Origin: Salpingoeca rosetta | Lineage: Eukaryota > Protista > Choanoflagellata | Assembly: GCA_033442325.1 (NCBI GenBank) | Contig: JAWQFM010000011.1 | Location: forward strand, 1,256,201-1,320,200 | Length of the DNA: 64,000 bases | Direction of reading: 5' to 3' | Shown here: one piece after another, positions 20,104-35,020 of the stretch | How positions within the stretch are numbered: position 1 is the first letter of the stretch | Layout: every line of letters starts with the position of its first letter | The notes under the pieces: model-generated | Databases searched by the model: none | What the model saw: the letters and a program-made list of their open reading frames with translations, nothing else | What the model was told of the DNA's origin: nothing | Position numbers and translations under genes: made by a program

Positions 20104-20235
20104 GCACTCTGTGAGTTTGGCCTTGCGAAGGTACTGCTTGTTCATGCGCTTTGCTTTCCTCGACTCTGGATGCACTGGCGTCTTCTTCTTCTTCTTCTGC
20201 GCCTTGATGCTCGCCTTCACCTTGGGCTTTGCCAT
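18815..20235 (-). CDS. TMA16: Translation machinery-associated protein 16 (pre-60S factor), multi-exon
   Basis: MAKPKVK...VHPESRKAKRM, ILWFRQ, YVKRFDDEIAALE, GITVPDLTDPENVRKLLGWEGQLDAIKGIK. The HPxSRKA, WF, RFDxE and G-x-x-x-PDL motifs are characteristic of Tma16. Confidence 0.85.
18966..19071. repeat. (TGAG)n tetranucleotide repeat in the last TMA16 intron
   Basis: Directly visible. Confidence 0.95.
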
Positions 20236-20425
20236 GACGCCAGCGTGCGTGCGTGCGTGTTGGTGTGTGTTGGCGAGAGAGAAAGGGTTGGCTGTCTTTC
20301 TGAACACGTGTGTGTGTGTGTGTGTGTGTGTTTTTGCGCTTTCGCGATTGCTCAATCCATCAACAACACCAGGATCGACTGCCTCGCTTGCTTGCTTCAC
20401 TGACGGACTGGACTGTGTTGCTAGT

Positions 20426-20959
20426 ATGGAGGCTCGTGCGGGTGTGTTCCAGCGTGTGCTGGCCCTTGGCGAGGGCATGTGGATGGTGCGTGGGCACTTC
20501 CACCTCGGCGAGGGCCAGACGGAAGGCCTGAAGTGGGCTGGCCTGCGTGATCGGATGCTGTCCCTCCTCAGCGATGGACTGCAGGACCAGCGGCTGCAGG
20601 AGGGCGAGCACAACGAGTCGACCAAGGAGCAGCTGGCGGAGGAACGCGCCATGGTGCAGCGTCTCATGGACGGTGACGAGCTCCCCTTTGTCCTCGACAC
20701 GACCATGGGCATTGCAACGTATGTGTATGTGTGTGTGTGTGCATGTGTGTGTTCGTCTATGTGTGTGTATGTGTGTGTATGTGTGTGTGTCTATCTGTCT
20801 GTCTGTTTGTCTGTTTGCGCGCATGCCTCTTCTTCTGTCTCTCATATGTGATGACAACACCAGGACTGGCAACGGCGACAAACAGCTGGCCCTGCTTTCT
20901 CCAACACCATTCGATGAGGAAGTGCGCAAGCAGGTGTGTATCAGTAAGCATTGCCGCAA

Positions 20960-21031
<72 letters not shown>

Positions 21032-21378
21032 GCACAGGCATGTTGAGGTGCATAAAGTCATTTCAAAGGCAATCCACTGACTGGCCGCACGCCTGCACCA
21101 CTGCCACGGGCATGTTACTGACAGATTGACGCCCTCGGGATCGTGGAGGCCATCGTCGCTAGCAACCTTCAGGTGCTTTGCACGCAACACTCGCTGGCGT
21201 GCGTGGCAGTGTGGAGCTGTGGTGCGGCTGGGTGTGTTCACAACACCACACACTACACACATGCTACACACACACACACACTGCACGCACACACAACACA
21301 ACACTACACTACACTACACTACACTACACTACACTACACTACACTACACTACACTACACTACACTACACTACACTACA

Positions 21379-21460
<82 letters not shown>

Positions 21461-22741
21461 TGCAATGAGTGCAGCATTGGCTGTTCCTGCCCAAGTGGGC
21501 GCAGGCGTACCCAGATGCCAAGATCTACCTTGCACCGAGCGCGCTCGGAGAGGATCTTGAGACGAAGCTGACAGACCACACGCCAGAGTCGCTGCCTCAG
21601 CCAAAGAGCGAATGGGTCGTGCTGGAGGAGAGCGGGCACCAGGTGTGTTGGCAATTGGCGGTGGAAGCAAGGATGGAAGGGTGGAAGGAAAGGTGGGAGT
21701 GAAAGGGGGTAAGTTGTGCTGTATAGGAGTGAATGTGATCCTGCACCTGCTGCCACCATCGCGTAAACATCATCGCACTCACACCACTCATCCCTTCCCA
21801 TCAACGTTCAGCAGAACCAAGCCATCACACCACATCGTCACTCACAACAAGCACCGAATCCACACTACCACACCAATCAACCCCATATCCAACCGCACCA
21901 CTCAGCTTGGACCGCACCTTGATCAGCAGCTGCTGCTCGGGGCGCCGCTCAACATGAACGAAGTTGTCTTCTTCCACGCGCCATCCCACACCCTCGTTGC
22001 AAGCGACAGCTTCTACGGCGGATATGCACAGGTCGGCAGTCGCGTGCTGGCTGGTGTTGGTCGATGCGATGCGAAGGTGGCTGCTGCTTCGTGCCCGCTC
22101 CCGGCTCGGGCCTCGGGCTCGGGCCTCAGCATGTTTGTGCCGCCCCCCCCCCCTTCCCCAACCCTTGTCACCACCATCACTGCCGCCCCCTGCCATCACC
22201 TGACCTTCCCCTGACCATCCTCACATGCCCATTGCCTGCTCATCGTTCCGAGCCACTCGCCACCACCATCCACACGCCCACTCCCCAACCAACGCCTCCA
22301 TCACCACCCAGGACGAGTCGCCCTCGTGGTTCGGGCGGCTGTGGTTCAAGCTGACGAAGAAGGCGTTCCGCAGCGCAACCCTGCCCATCTACCGCACAAG
22401 CCGCGTCATTTCGCACGGTGACAGGGGCAAGCTCATCGCCTGCGTCAAAGACATTGCACAGGTGCGAGAAGCGAACAGGGAGGAAATAGAGGGGAGGAAC
22501 GAGCGGGAGGGGATTGCGTGTGAGTATCAACTTCGGTTTTCCATGTTGCGACACTTCGCACGCGCACGTATACACGCATGCGTGCACCTACACACGCACG
22601 TGCACTCACATGCACTTACCCGAAACATGGCTGCAGCGATGGGCGTTTGACAAGATCATCTTTGCACACGGCACGAGCCCGTACACACACGAGCCCCGCA
22701 AGGCATACGTGGACGCTTGGTCGGTGCTCACGTCGATGTGA
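20426..22741 (+). CDS. DUF4336-family protein (metallo-beta-lactamase-like fold), multi-exon
   Basis: Spliced motifs LLSPTPF, IDALGIVEAIVASNLQHWLFLPKWAQAYPDAKIY, NEVVFFHAPSHTLVASD and WAFDKIIFAHG are typical of DUF4336. Confidence 0.78.
21300..21458. repeat. (ACTAC)n pentanucleotide repeat followed by (CA)n, intronic
   Basis: Directly visible. Confidence 0.95.
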
Positions 22742-22906
22742 GGTGGCAGCTGTCACTACAGCTGATGCCAACAGCACGACCATCACCACAACCACGACCG
22801 ATAAACAAAACCGATGGCAGCGAGACGCATCCATGTTGGTCATCGTTCTCCCTCCTTCACGCACACGCACACGCACACGCACAACACACGCACGCACGCA
22901 CACGCA

Positions 22907-22937
<31 letters not shown>

Positions 22938-23205
22938 GCAGTCTTCAGTTGCTCGCACTGCGTTGTCCGTTAACCCCGACGAACCATAAAACCAACAACA
23001 CGACTACCTCTCTGTCACGAGTGAAAGCTGAACGCAAATACAACACGACAGCCATTTAATTGAGGCGCTTTATTTTCATCAAATCACATCTCACTCACAA
23101 CATCGCATCGCACATATGTCACGATGTCAGATGCACGACATCATGTCGTGTTCACTCGGCCCCGCCCGCACCTCCCCACCGGATCCCACTCCTCCTCGCT
23201 CCTCA

Positions 23206-25448
<2,243 letters not shown>

Positions 25449-25549
25449 AACCAATACGGGCAAGCGCAAGCTAGCGAACAAGCGAACGCACACAACAACA
25501 CAAGCACCCACAACCACGACCACACCACAAGCACGCAGGAACAGGGGAG

Positions 25550-26870
25550 ATGAGCTCACGTCGCCGGGATGGGGATAGTGATGATGATGATGAGTGGCGA
25601 CGGCGGCGCCACCGCAGTGACGACGACGAGCGGGATGGAAGAGAGGGTGATGTGCTGAAGGACGACAGCCGGCGCCGCCACAGCAAGAAGAGCAAGAAGA
25701 AACACAAGAAGCGCAGCCGCAAGTACAGCAGTGACGAGGACTCATCATCGCATGGCAGCAGCGATGAAGACGGCGACAGACGTGATCGCGGTCGGCGCCG
25801 CGGCGGCCGCCGTTCACGATCTCGATCCAGGTCCAGGTCTCGCACTCGTTCAAGGTCGCGTACGCGCTCGCCAGACCGACGCCGACGGCACCGCCGCTAC
25901 AGTGATGATGGCAACAACGACAACAACGACAACAACGACTACCGCAGGGGCGGCCGACGGGACCGCCACCGCCGCGACGACAGGCGCGACGATGAGGAGG
26001 CCCGCAGGCGGCTGCTGGAAATGAAGCGGCGCGAGCGCGAGCTTCGCAAGCAGGAGAAGCAGCGCATGAAGATGACGGAGACGCCCGAGGAGAAGCGTGC
26101 ACGGCGCTTGGCGAAGAAGGAGCGCAAGGCCGAGCGAAAGAAGGCCAAGCTTGCCCAGGGTGGTTTGGACGTCGTTCAGGGTGCCGAGGAGTCTGGCCGC
26201 TTTGTGTGGCACAAGAAGGTGGAGGCCGCAGAGGAGCAGGGCATGTCGCGGGAGGAGCTTGCCCGTCTTGAACGCGAGCGTGCGGAGGAGAACCAGCGCG
26301 AGATTGAGCAGATCAAGCGGCGACGCGAGCAGGCCGAGATCGACCGAGAGCAGCGCATGCGCGAGCGCGACCAGATGCTGCGCGCGCAAGACGACGCCCA
26401 GTTTGGCGAGTGGGCTGACCAAGAGGAGCTGTTTGTGCTGAAGCAGGCCCGCCTTCGCTCGGAGCTCCGCCTGCGTGCGGGGCGAGCAAAGCCCGTTGAT
26501 CTCCTGGCCAAGTACATCCACACGGACCGCGACGACCCGGATATTGACCAGCACGAGCCGTACACCATCTTCGACACCATGTCGCTGGAGGCGTGCGAGG
26601 CGCTGAAGGAAGACATCAAGGTGTACCTGCGGCTGGAAGGGCACATGGAGGAGAACAGGGCGTTTTGGGAGGACATTGCGCTCATTTGTGACCACACCCT
26701 CAAGGAGCTGTATCGGCAGCGTGCCATGGAAGACACTTCTCTCTCTGCTGCCGAGCGCCGTGCCCTCGAGACAGGTGATACATGTGGTTAGCCTTGTGTG
26801 TGCGTGTGTGTGTGTGCGTGTGTGTGTGCGTGTGTGCGTGTGTGCGCGTGTGCGTGTGTGTGTGCGTGTG

Positions 26871-26913
<43 letters not shown>

Positions 26914-28390
26914 GTGTGTGAGGGTGTGTGTGAGGGTGTGTGTGTGTGTTGTTGAAGGTGACGTGCCGTGCTTGTCCATATCCGACTTTGGAACCCAATC
27001 CCTGCTAACGCCAGCTCATGCTCATTCCCCTCAATCGCCCTTTGACATGTTCACCTCCTCTCCATCATATCCACCATTGCCTGCAGGCATCAACGCACGC
27101 GTGAAGCAGGACATTATGGCCATCTTTGCGAACAAGACGCTGAACCAGCTGCTGGAGCTCGAGCGGCACATCAAGACGAAACTCAAGTCCAAGGAGACGC
27201 TGGATGTCGGGTATTGGGAGACGCTTCTTCGTCAACTCAAGGTCGGGTGGTGTGCGTGTGCGTGTGTGTGTGTTGGGCTTGTTGTTGTTGTTGTTGAGTG
27301 CGGACAAGGGGGGTCAGACGGTGCACAAGAACAACAGCAACAGCTCCACATGTACACCCTCACACACTTTCATACACACACCCTCACACACACACTCAAA
27401 TACACACACACACACACAACATGAATACCGCAGGTTGAGTTTGCCAAGGCGCGTCTTCGCGAGAAGCACAAGGAGCTGCTGCAACACAAGCTGCGCATTC
27501 TGTACAAGCAGCAGACGGAGGCGGCGGAGGAGGATGTTGTGTCTGGACAGCGCGGCGTGGAAGGACAGCAGCAAGGACAGGAGGGCGAGGAGGAAGTGGA
27601 CCTGTTTGCCGACGAGCTTTCCGAAGCGGACAAGGGCGCCTCTACCCGGGCGTTTAGTCCGGTGCCGTTTGAGGTTCCATTGGAGGAGGATGATGATGAT
27701 CGGTTGATGGCGAAATACGCAGCAAGTGCTGTCGTGACGCAACAGCAGATGGACGCGCAGGACCTTGTCTTGCGTAAGGTGGTGCTGATGATGATCAAGG
27801 CAGGGCGCCAGGGCGAGCTCCATCCAGACTTTTGCAAGAACCAGGTTTGTTCCTATTGTGTTCTTGTGACGTGTGTGTGTGTGTGTGTGCATTGTGTATG
27901 GGTTTGTGTAGTTCGTGTTCGTGGTGTGTGAGTTTTGTGTGCGTGTGCGTGTGCGTGTGCGTGTGCGTGTGCGTGTGCGTGTGCGTGTGCGTGCGTGTAT
28001 TGTGTGTGAGTTTGTGTGCGCTCGTGCGAATGTGTCTTTGGTTATCCCTTGTTGTGGTTCTCCACTCTTCCCGCACTCACCACGGCCATCACGGCCACCA
28101 CCACGTTGGGTGCAGCTTGCGCGCGGGCTGTCCACGCGGGAGCAGGAGTTCCTTGCCAAGGCGCGCGCTCAGAACGAGGCCGACGAGGATGAGGAGCAAG
28201 AGACGTTCGCCGACGAGCTCGACCTTGGTGCGATCGATGGTGGCGTTGGTGATGGTGGTGATGGTGATGGTGATGGTGGTGCACGTTTCTGAGGTGCAGG
28301 TTTCTTGCATGCCTCCTTAGCATGCTTCCTGCTCACACATGCGCGCTCGTGCACACACACACACACTCATACGCATCTTCACACTCACCT

Positions 28391-28425
<35 letters not shown>

Positions 28426-29273
28426 CACACACACGCATCTTCACATTCACACACTCATGCACATCTTCGCACTCACACATTGTCACCGTCATTGCCATCC
28501 TTGTCATCTTTGCAGAGGGAAGCGGGGACTACCTCTGGCGGGACAAGTACCGACCGCGCAAACCGCGCTACTTCAACCGCGTGTTTACGGGTTTCGACTG
28601 GAACGAGTATAACCGCACCCACTACGACAAGCAGAACCCACCGCCCAAGATGGTGCAAGGTGAGGCAGCACAGTCGCGTTGTGATTTTGTGTGTGTTTGT
28701 GTTTGTGTTTGTGTTTGTGTTTGTGTTTGTGTGTTTGTGCTTGTGTTTGTGCATGTGTGTGTTTGTGTTTGTGTTTGTGTGTGTGTGTTTGTGTTTGTGT
28801 TTGTGTTTGTGTTTGTGTTTGTGTTTGTGTTTGTGTCTGTGTCTGTGTGTATGTGTGTGTGTGCGTGTGTGTGTGTTTGCGCCTGTCATCATAGCAGTGG
28901 CGCTATGCTGCCTGCTTTTGGTCTTGCGATGCGGCCAAATGGGGTCGTTGCTGGCCACCCTACACTTCAGCATCACCGTTGCTTCTTCATCCTTCTCCCT
29001 CTCACCAAAACCACGACGATGCATGTGTCCCTGTGTTCATGTGCGCGTGTGCGTGTGTACGTCTCTCTCTCTCTCTATCTGTGTGCAGGTTACAAGTTCA
29101 ACATCTTCTATCCAGATCTCATTGACAAGTCGCAGACACCGACGTTTACGATTGAGAAGCTTCCAAACGAGCCTGGTTTCTGCATGATTCGCTTCCACGC
29201 CGGCCCGCCGTATGAGGACGTGGCGTTCAAGGTCATCGACAACCCCTGGCTCCACGGGCGCAAGTCCGGATAC

Positions 29274-29313
<40 letters not shown>

Positions 29314-29443
29314 CGGTATTTGCTTTGACGCCTCTGATACGCATCCCTTCTCTGTGTCCTGCCCTCCACACAGGTGCCAGTTTACACATCACAACGTGTT
29401 TGAGCTCTACTTCCGATTCCGTCGCCGTCGCTATCGCCGCTGA
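25550..29443 (+). CDS. CACTIN: Cactin (spliceosomal C-complex factor), multi-exon
   Basis: RS/RD-rich N-terminus, ETPEEKRARRLAKK, FVWHKK, FVLKQARLRSELRLRAGRAKPVDLLAKY, DVGYWETLL, WRDKYRPRKPRYFNRVFTGFDWNEYNRTHYDKQNPPPKMVQGYKFNIFYPDLIDK, RFHAGPPYEDVAFK; ends FRFRRRRYRR*. Confidence 0.96.
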
Positions 29444-29444
29444 G

Positions 29445-29557
<113 letters not shown>

Positions 29558-29968
29558 CTCGAAAGTTCTGTCTCGCCCTTTTGTGTTTGCCTTTCACGTG
29601 TGCGCGTGTGTGCGTTTTCGCTTGGTATTTCGGTGTAATGGCGACTAAAACGCAACAGTTCAATCAAGCAGTAGTGGGCATGAACAAATCAATCGTGGTG
29701 GAGTTGAGGATGAAGGGGAAGACAAGGTCAAGAGAGGGGAGGGGGGTTGCAGAGCGCCCAACAAACGACACAACCTGTTGATCTCTACAGGTGCGATGCA
29801 CGTGAGAGGTGACGACAGGAATGACGATGCTGGTCGTGGGAATCTCGACTCGACAAACAATCACTCACAAGTTTTCGCACAATCACGTCGCATAATCACA
29901 TCACCACAACACGTCACATCACGTCAGGTCAGCAGTCGTCAGCCGTCCCAGGCATGGATGGCGCGAGG

Positions 29969-30388
29969 TCAGGGCATGGCGAGCACGTGTCTCCGAATGT
30001 CGACCTGACAGATGCACGACACAAACGCCGCTGGCCAGCCCATGCACTGGCAGTCGTACAGCGTGACTGCACGTGCGTGGTTGTGCCCAAACGTCGCATC
30101 CAGCAGCTGTGGTGTGTGAACGTCCGGAACGTGAGTGAGCAAGTGCGCGCGCGCATGTGCGTGGTATGTGTGTGTGTGTGTGTGTGTGTGAACGTTTGTG
30201 AGCTGTATGGACAGCCACAACACAAATAGAATCATACAAACACAAGCATCGTGTCACCTCTTGGTGCTTGCGGGTAACGGCAGCGATTGTCGCTTGAATG
30301 TCAATAACGCGGTCCTCCTCCCGGATCTGAAGAAAGGTCAAAACAGAACACGGGCGTGTGGTCGAGTTGAGTGACGACGACGATGACG

Positions 30389-30463
<75 letters not shown>

Positions 30464-30855
30464 GCAGCAGCAGCAGTACGGCAACAGGTAAAAGGATGGG
30501 AGGGACATATCCACGCCATGTACGTGTTCACGCATCTCAGCCGGATTCATACCTCCCAGCAGAACGACGGCACCATGTTCCAGTCCATCTTGCCATACTC
30601 CTGCGAGTGAGCAAAGACACAGCCACACATGCACGTTTGTTGCGCGTGAGCCCACACGAACCGAGACAACGCAACCGTTGGGTCCACACACACACCCACA
30701 CCCACACACAACCTGTCAGCAGTGCCACTGTGGGGCTTCACCTCAAACTCGTGGATTGCGCGAATGACAGCAAGAACATCGCGTTCATATGTTCCGCGCA
30801 CCCGATCCAAATCCCGCGCATATGTCAGGCGCAGGCGGTTGCGCTCTTTCACCTG

Positions 30856-30913
<58 letters not shown>

Positions 30914-31019
30914 TGAAGGAAGGGACGGTGTCTTCAGTTGCACGCGCGTGTGTCTTTGTATGGAGCGCTTTAAGGATACGCATAGGAAGGCCGCGTGTGT
31001 GCATCTCCTCACGTTCGGT

Positions 31020-31090
<71 letters not shown>

Positions 31091-31296
31091 CTGCTTGACG
31101 TGACGGGTGTGCTTGGTCTCTGGGAGACCGGGTGGAACCACTTCCTCCTCCAGCTCCTGCTGTGCAGCCGCCATTGCGCTCGTCTTGGGGTTGTACGCCA
31201 GAAACGTCTCAGCGGCGACAGGGAAGTAGCTCATCTGCCGCAGGACAAGTGTGATCGTGACGGTGCGGACGTGTGTGTGTGTGTGTGTGTGCGTGC

Positions 31297-31335
<39 letters not shown>

Positions 31336-31578
31336 CATGCGAGTCTATGTGTGCGAGTGTGCACAGAGAATGCTGGTGATGGGTTACCAGCAGTACAACA
31401 AGTCGAGAACAATCTCACGCTGTGACTGGAGCATCAACTCACCACATAGCGAGGCGGCAGACGCGTGTGCTCCGCAGCAGGGCGACCCTGGTGACGACGA
31501 GGGTGAAAAGGGGGGGGGGAGGGGAGAGGGACAGAATTGGTGACGCAACGCTATAAGGTGTGCTCGTGCTGGTACAGT

Positions 31579-31649
<71 letters not shown>

Positions 31650-33164
31650 GCAGCAGCAGCAGTGGCGGCAGCGCACCGTTTCAGGGAGAATGCTGCGCTT
31701 GATGAGGTCCTTCGTTCGGAGAATGAAATGCTTGATGCCATGCAGTCCACTCATGATGGTGACCTTGCTGGACTCCGAGTCCGGTTCGTGGCGCCGCTTT
31801 CCCGATTGGGAAGGCGAGCTGCGGCCCGACGTGCCACCACTGCTTGGTTCACGGTCGGACACATCCACCTCATCATGCGAGGGCTGCTCAGCATCACGAT
31901 TCATGGGTGCACGGGCCCTGTCCTTGCGCTCACTGCCAATGGCAACCTCATCATCGGTAAACACTCCTTGCACCATCTCCACGCTCTGTGCATCATCAAA
32001 CTCTTCTTCCTCATCATCATCATCATCGTCAGCGATGTCATAATCATCATCGACATCGTCGTCGTGCATGTGCATCGTGACCTCGTCCTGTGCCCTCAGG
32101 TTGTGCCTGGTGCGCGCGTGTGTGCGACCAGCACTGCTTGCCGCCGCCGCTGCTGCTGTTGTTGTTGCCGTCTCACCTTGCTTCCTCTTCGCCAACACGA
32201 CCACTTTTGGCTTCAGCACGTGCAGGTGGGACGACTGCTGCTGCTGCTGCTGTTCGTGCGTGTCGACAGCCGATCCCAGCTGCTGCTCGAGCGAGCGTGA
32301 TGCCTTGTTGCTGCGGCGGGGAAGATGGATCGTGCGCGCGTCCTTGGGCGGCGCCTGTGTGAATGTCGGCGTCTCATCTGCCTGGTGGTGGTGGTGGTGG
32401 TGTTGCTCTTGTGCGTGTTGTGGGTGTGACGAAGATGGTGGTGTCACGCCAGCCGCCTTCTTGCTTGGTGGGCCGAACGATGTGTCTGCGCTTCCGCTGC
32501 TGCCCATCTGCCGCTGTGGCGATGACGACTGCGTGGTGGTGGTGGTGGTGGACGCCTTGTCCGGTGTTGTCAACAGTGTCGATGGCGATGCTGCGACACA
32601 CTCGTCATCATTCTCCGGCGTCAACGACCTGAGGGAGCGAGTATGTGTGAGTGAGTGTGTGAGTGTGTGAGTGTGTGTGTGTGTGTATGTGTGTTAGAGA
32701 GTGTGTGTATGAGTGTGTGAGTGAGCGTGTGTGTGCGTGTATAAGCTCTACCATCACGTGCCACTTGCCCTTGCTCACCTTTGCTCAGGAGACGAGATGG
32801 TAAAGTCTTTGCCTTTGGCCCGGGCAACAGAGATGAGCAGATCCTGTATATGTACGTGTGTGAGTGTGTGCATGAGAGTACAAGGGCAATGGTGTGAACA
32901 CGCATCGAGACAGTGCTTGTGGAAGCTTCCATCACCGTATACGATCTACGAGCCATGCACGACAAGCGACTCTGACGGACACCTCACCCTCAGGTCTTCT
33001 TCTTCATCTGCAAGATCGATGGCCGTCTGCCCGTCCTTGTTCTCCAGCGTCTGATGGCCGACACAACCGCAGTTGAAAAGACGCAAAGGTGAATGGGTAG
33101 CGGTTGAAGCCATTCGCGGAGACGGTGATGCAAACATGATGCACACAGACGTCGGACGCAGACA

Positions 33165-33216
<52 letters not shown>

Positions 33217-33363
33217 ACACACACACAGACACACACACACACACACAAGATGCACGCACCGGATCGGCACCGTGCTTGACGAGGAGTTTCACAACATCCG
33301 TGTGACCGTTCATGGCTGCGTCATGCAGGGGCGTGATGTCCTCAAACCCTTTCGCATCCACCT

Positions 33364-33405
<42 letters not shown>

Positions 33406-34708
33406 CCATGACGAGCTCGTGTGAGGGGGTGGGAGGGGAAAGAACACACCTCGGTGGGAGACCACAACTTGGGGGGATTGGGGAAGGAAGGACAGCTGAT
33501 GTGTTGGTGGTTCAACTGTCACGTACGTTGGCGTTTGCTTTCAGCAGGAGCTCTGCAAGTTCAAGGTGGCCGTGATTGCAGGCCTCATGCAGCGGTGTCC
33601 ATCTGTGCATGTGGAAGACAGAGCAGTCAGCGGTTGTAGCCAGGAGATGCGTGCCAAACACAGTAGTGCCCAGCCTATTTCATAAACACCCACATCGCAG
33701 CAACGCCCACACATTGCTACATCCGCGCACACGCACCCTGCATTGTCCTTTGCATCAATTGGGGCGCCGTGATCGAGCAGCTCTTGCGCAAACTCAAGGT
33801 CGTTCTGTAAGGTGGCATGAACATGCGTGTTGATTGAGTGGATCATGCGATGCTGTGCACACGTGTAACAAAGGGTAGAACCAAACACGTGTGTCTGTGT
33901 GTGTGTATGGTTGGTTGCTTGGGTGTGTGTAGTTGGTTGCTTGGGTGTGCGTGTGTGTCATACTTGGGTTCGCGCATCTCCTTCACACACACACACACCT
34001 TGATGGCGGCACGGTGGAGCGCTGTTTCACCATGGCGGTTGCGCTTGAAGACATTGTCGAGGGCTGTGCGCTTCTCGTTCTGCTTCTTGAACCATGCGGT
34101 GAGCTGACGCTCCGTCAGGCCAGGCGGCGGTGTTGGCCTAGGTGGACACACACAAACAGAAGACGGACAGGGAGACAGACAGACACAGCACCCACACCCA
34201 TACACAACCACACCCACACGCACACACCCACACCACACACACACATACGCACACCACCCACCCAAACACACACACACAAATGGTGCGATTTGGGATGAAG
34301 GTGAGGTCAACGTGCTGTGAGCTGGACCACACACATGCTGCACCCATACAAACGCGTTCAGCCCGTATGCTGTTGAATCCAAACTCACATGCGGCCTTTG
34401 GACTTGGTGGGCTTGTCCTGGGTGCGCGGTTTCTTCTTGATGGTACCACTCTACAAGGGCGCAACGCGTGAGCATAAGGCGTTGCGATAAGAGCCAACAA
34501 ACAAACGGAAAGGAATGGGTACATGGCACGACTGTGAAGGATCACACACACACACACACATCCACAAGGGTGATGTGACCCCTCACTCGCATCGATGCAC
34601 CTCGGTGCAAGTTCCGCATCACGCACACACATGCTCGTGCACACACATGAACAAGCACATGTTACGCACAGCAGATGCGGTGGCAACGGGGCTCTTGTTG
34701 CTGTCCAT
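29969..34708 (-). CDS. Ankyrin-repeat protein, ANKRD11/ANKRD12-like, multi-exon
   Basis: Start MDSNKSPV at 34708; GLTERQL motif; ankyrin repeats [16 protein letters not shown] / [16 protein letters not shown] / [17 protein letters not shown]; low-complexity middle; C-terminal domain PPGLPE...[30 protein letters not shown]...[14 protein letters not shown]...[12 protein letters not shown]. Confidence 0.75.
30390..30477. repeat. (AAC)n/(AGC)n trinucleotide repeat, intronic
   Basis: Directly visible. Confidence 0.95.
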
Positions 34709-34844
34709 TGCTTGTCTGTGTGCTGGCTTGTGTTCTCCGTCTCCGTCTCTGGCTTGGCTCTGGCTCTGGCTCTGTGGTCGTTCCTCGACGACAGTTGTTC
34801 CAACACAACACAACAGACACAGACACACTGGCTGGCGAATGGTG

Positions 34845-34898
34845 TGGCGCCAAAACCGATGCGCGCAAACTAACGCCAAATTTGAGATTTTGGCGCCA
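34845..34898. promoter_or_regulatory. Inverted pair of TTTTGGCGCCA (E2F-like) sites in the divergent promoter between the ANKRD11/12-like gene and HSD17B4
   Basis: TGGCGCCAAAA at 34845-34855 and TTTTGGCGCCA at 34888-34898; both match the E2F consensus TTTSSCGC. Function is inferred. Confidence 0.4.
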
Positions 34899-35020
34899 TG
34901 AGTACTTCCGAAAAGCTGTGGATAACTTTAACGCTTTGTCGACATCGCCACTCACCGATGATTAGCGAAAAACAAGCATTGATCGTCGCGCATTCAAATC
35001 TTTGGACAAAATTGCACAAA

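Noticed and set aside
32990-34130. BARD1, BCOR or tonsoku-like identity for the ankyrin gene
   Set aside because: No RING, BRCT, PUFD or LRR domain was seen; the flanking LTERQ motif and the C-terminal domain fit ANKRD11/12 better.
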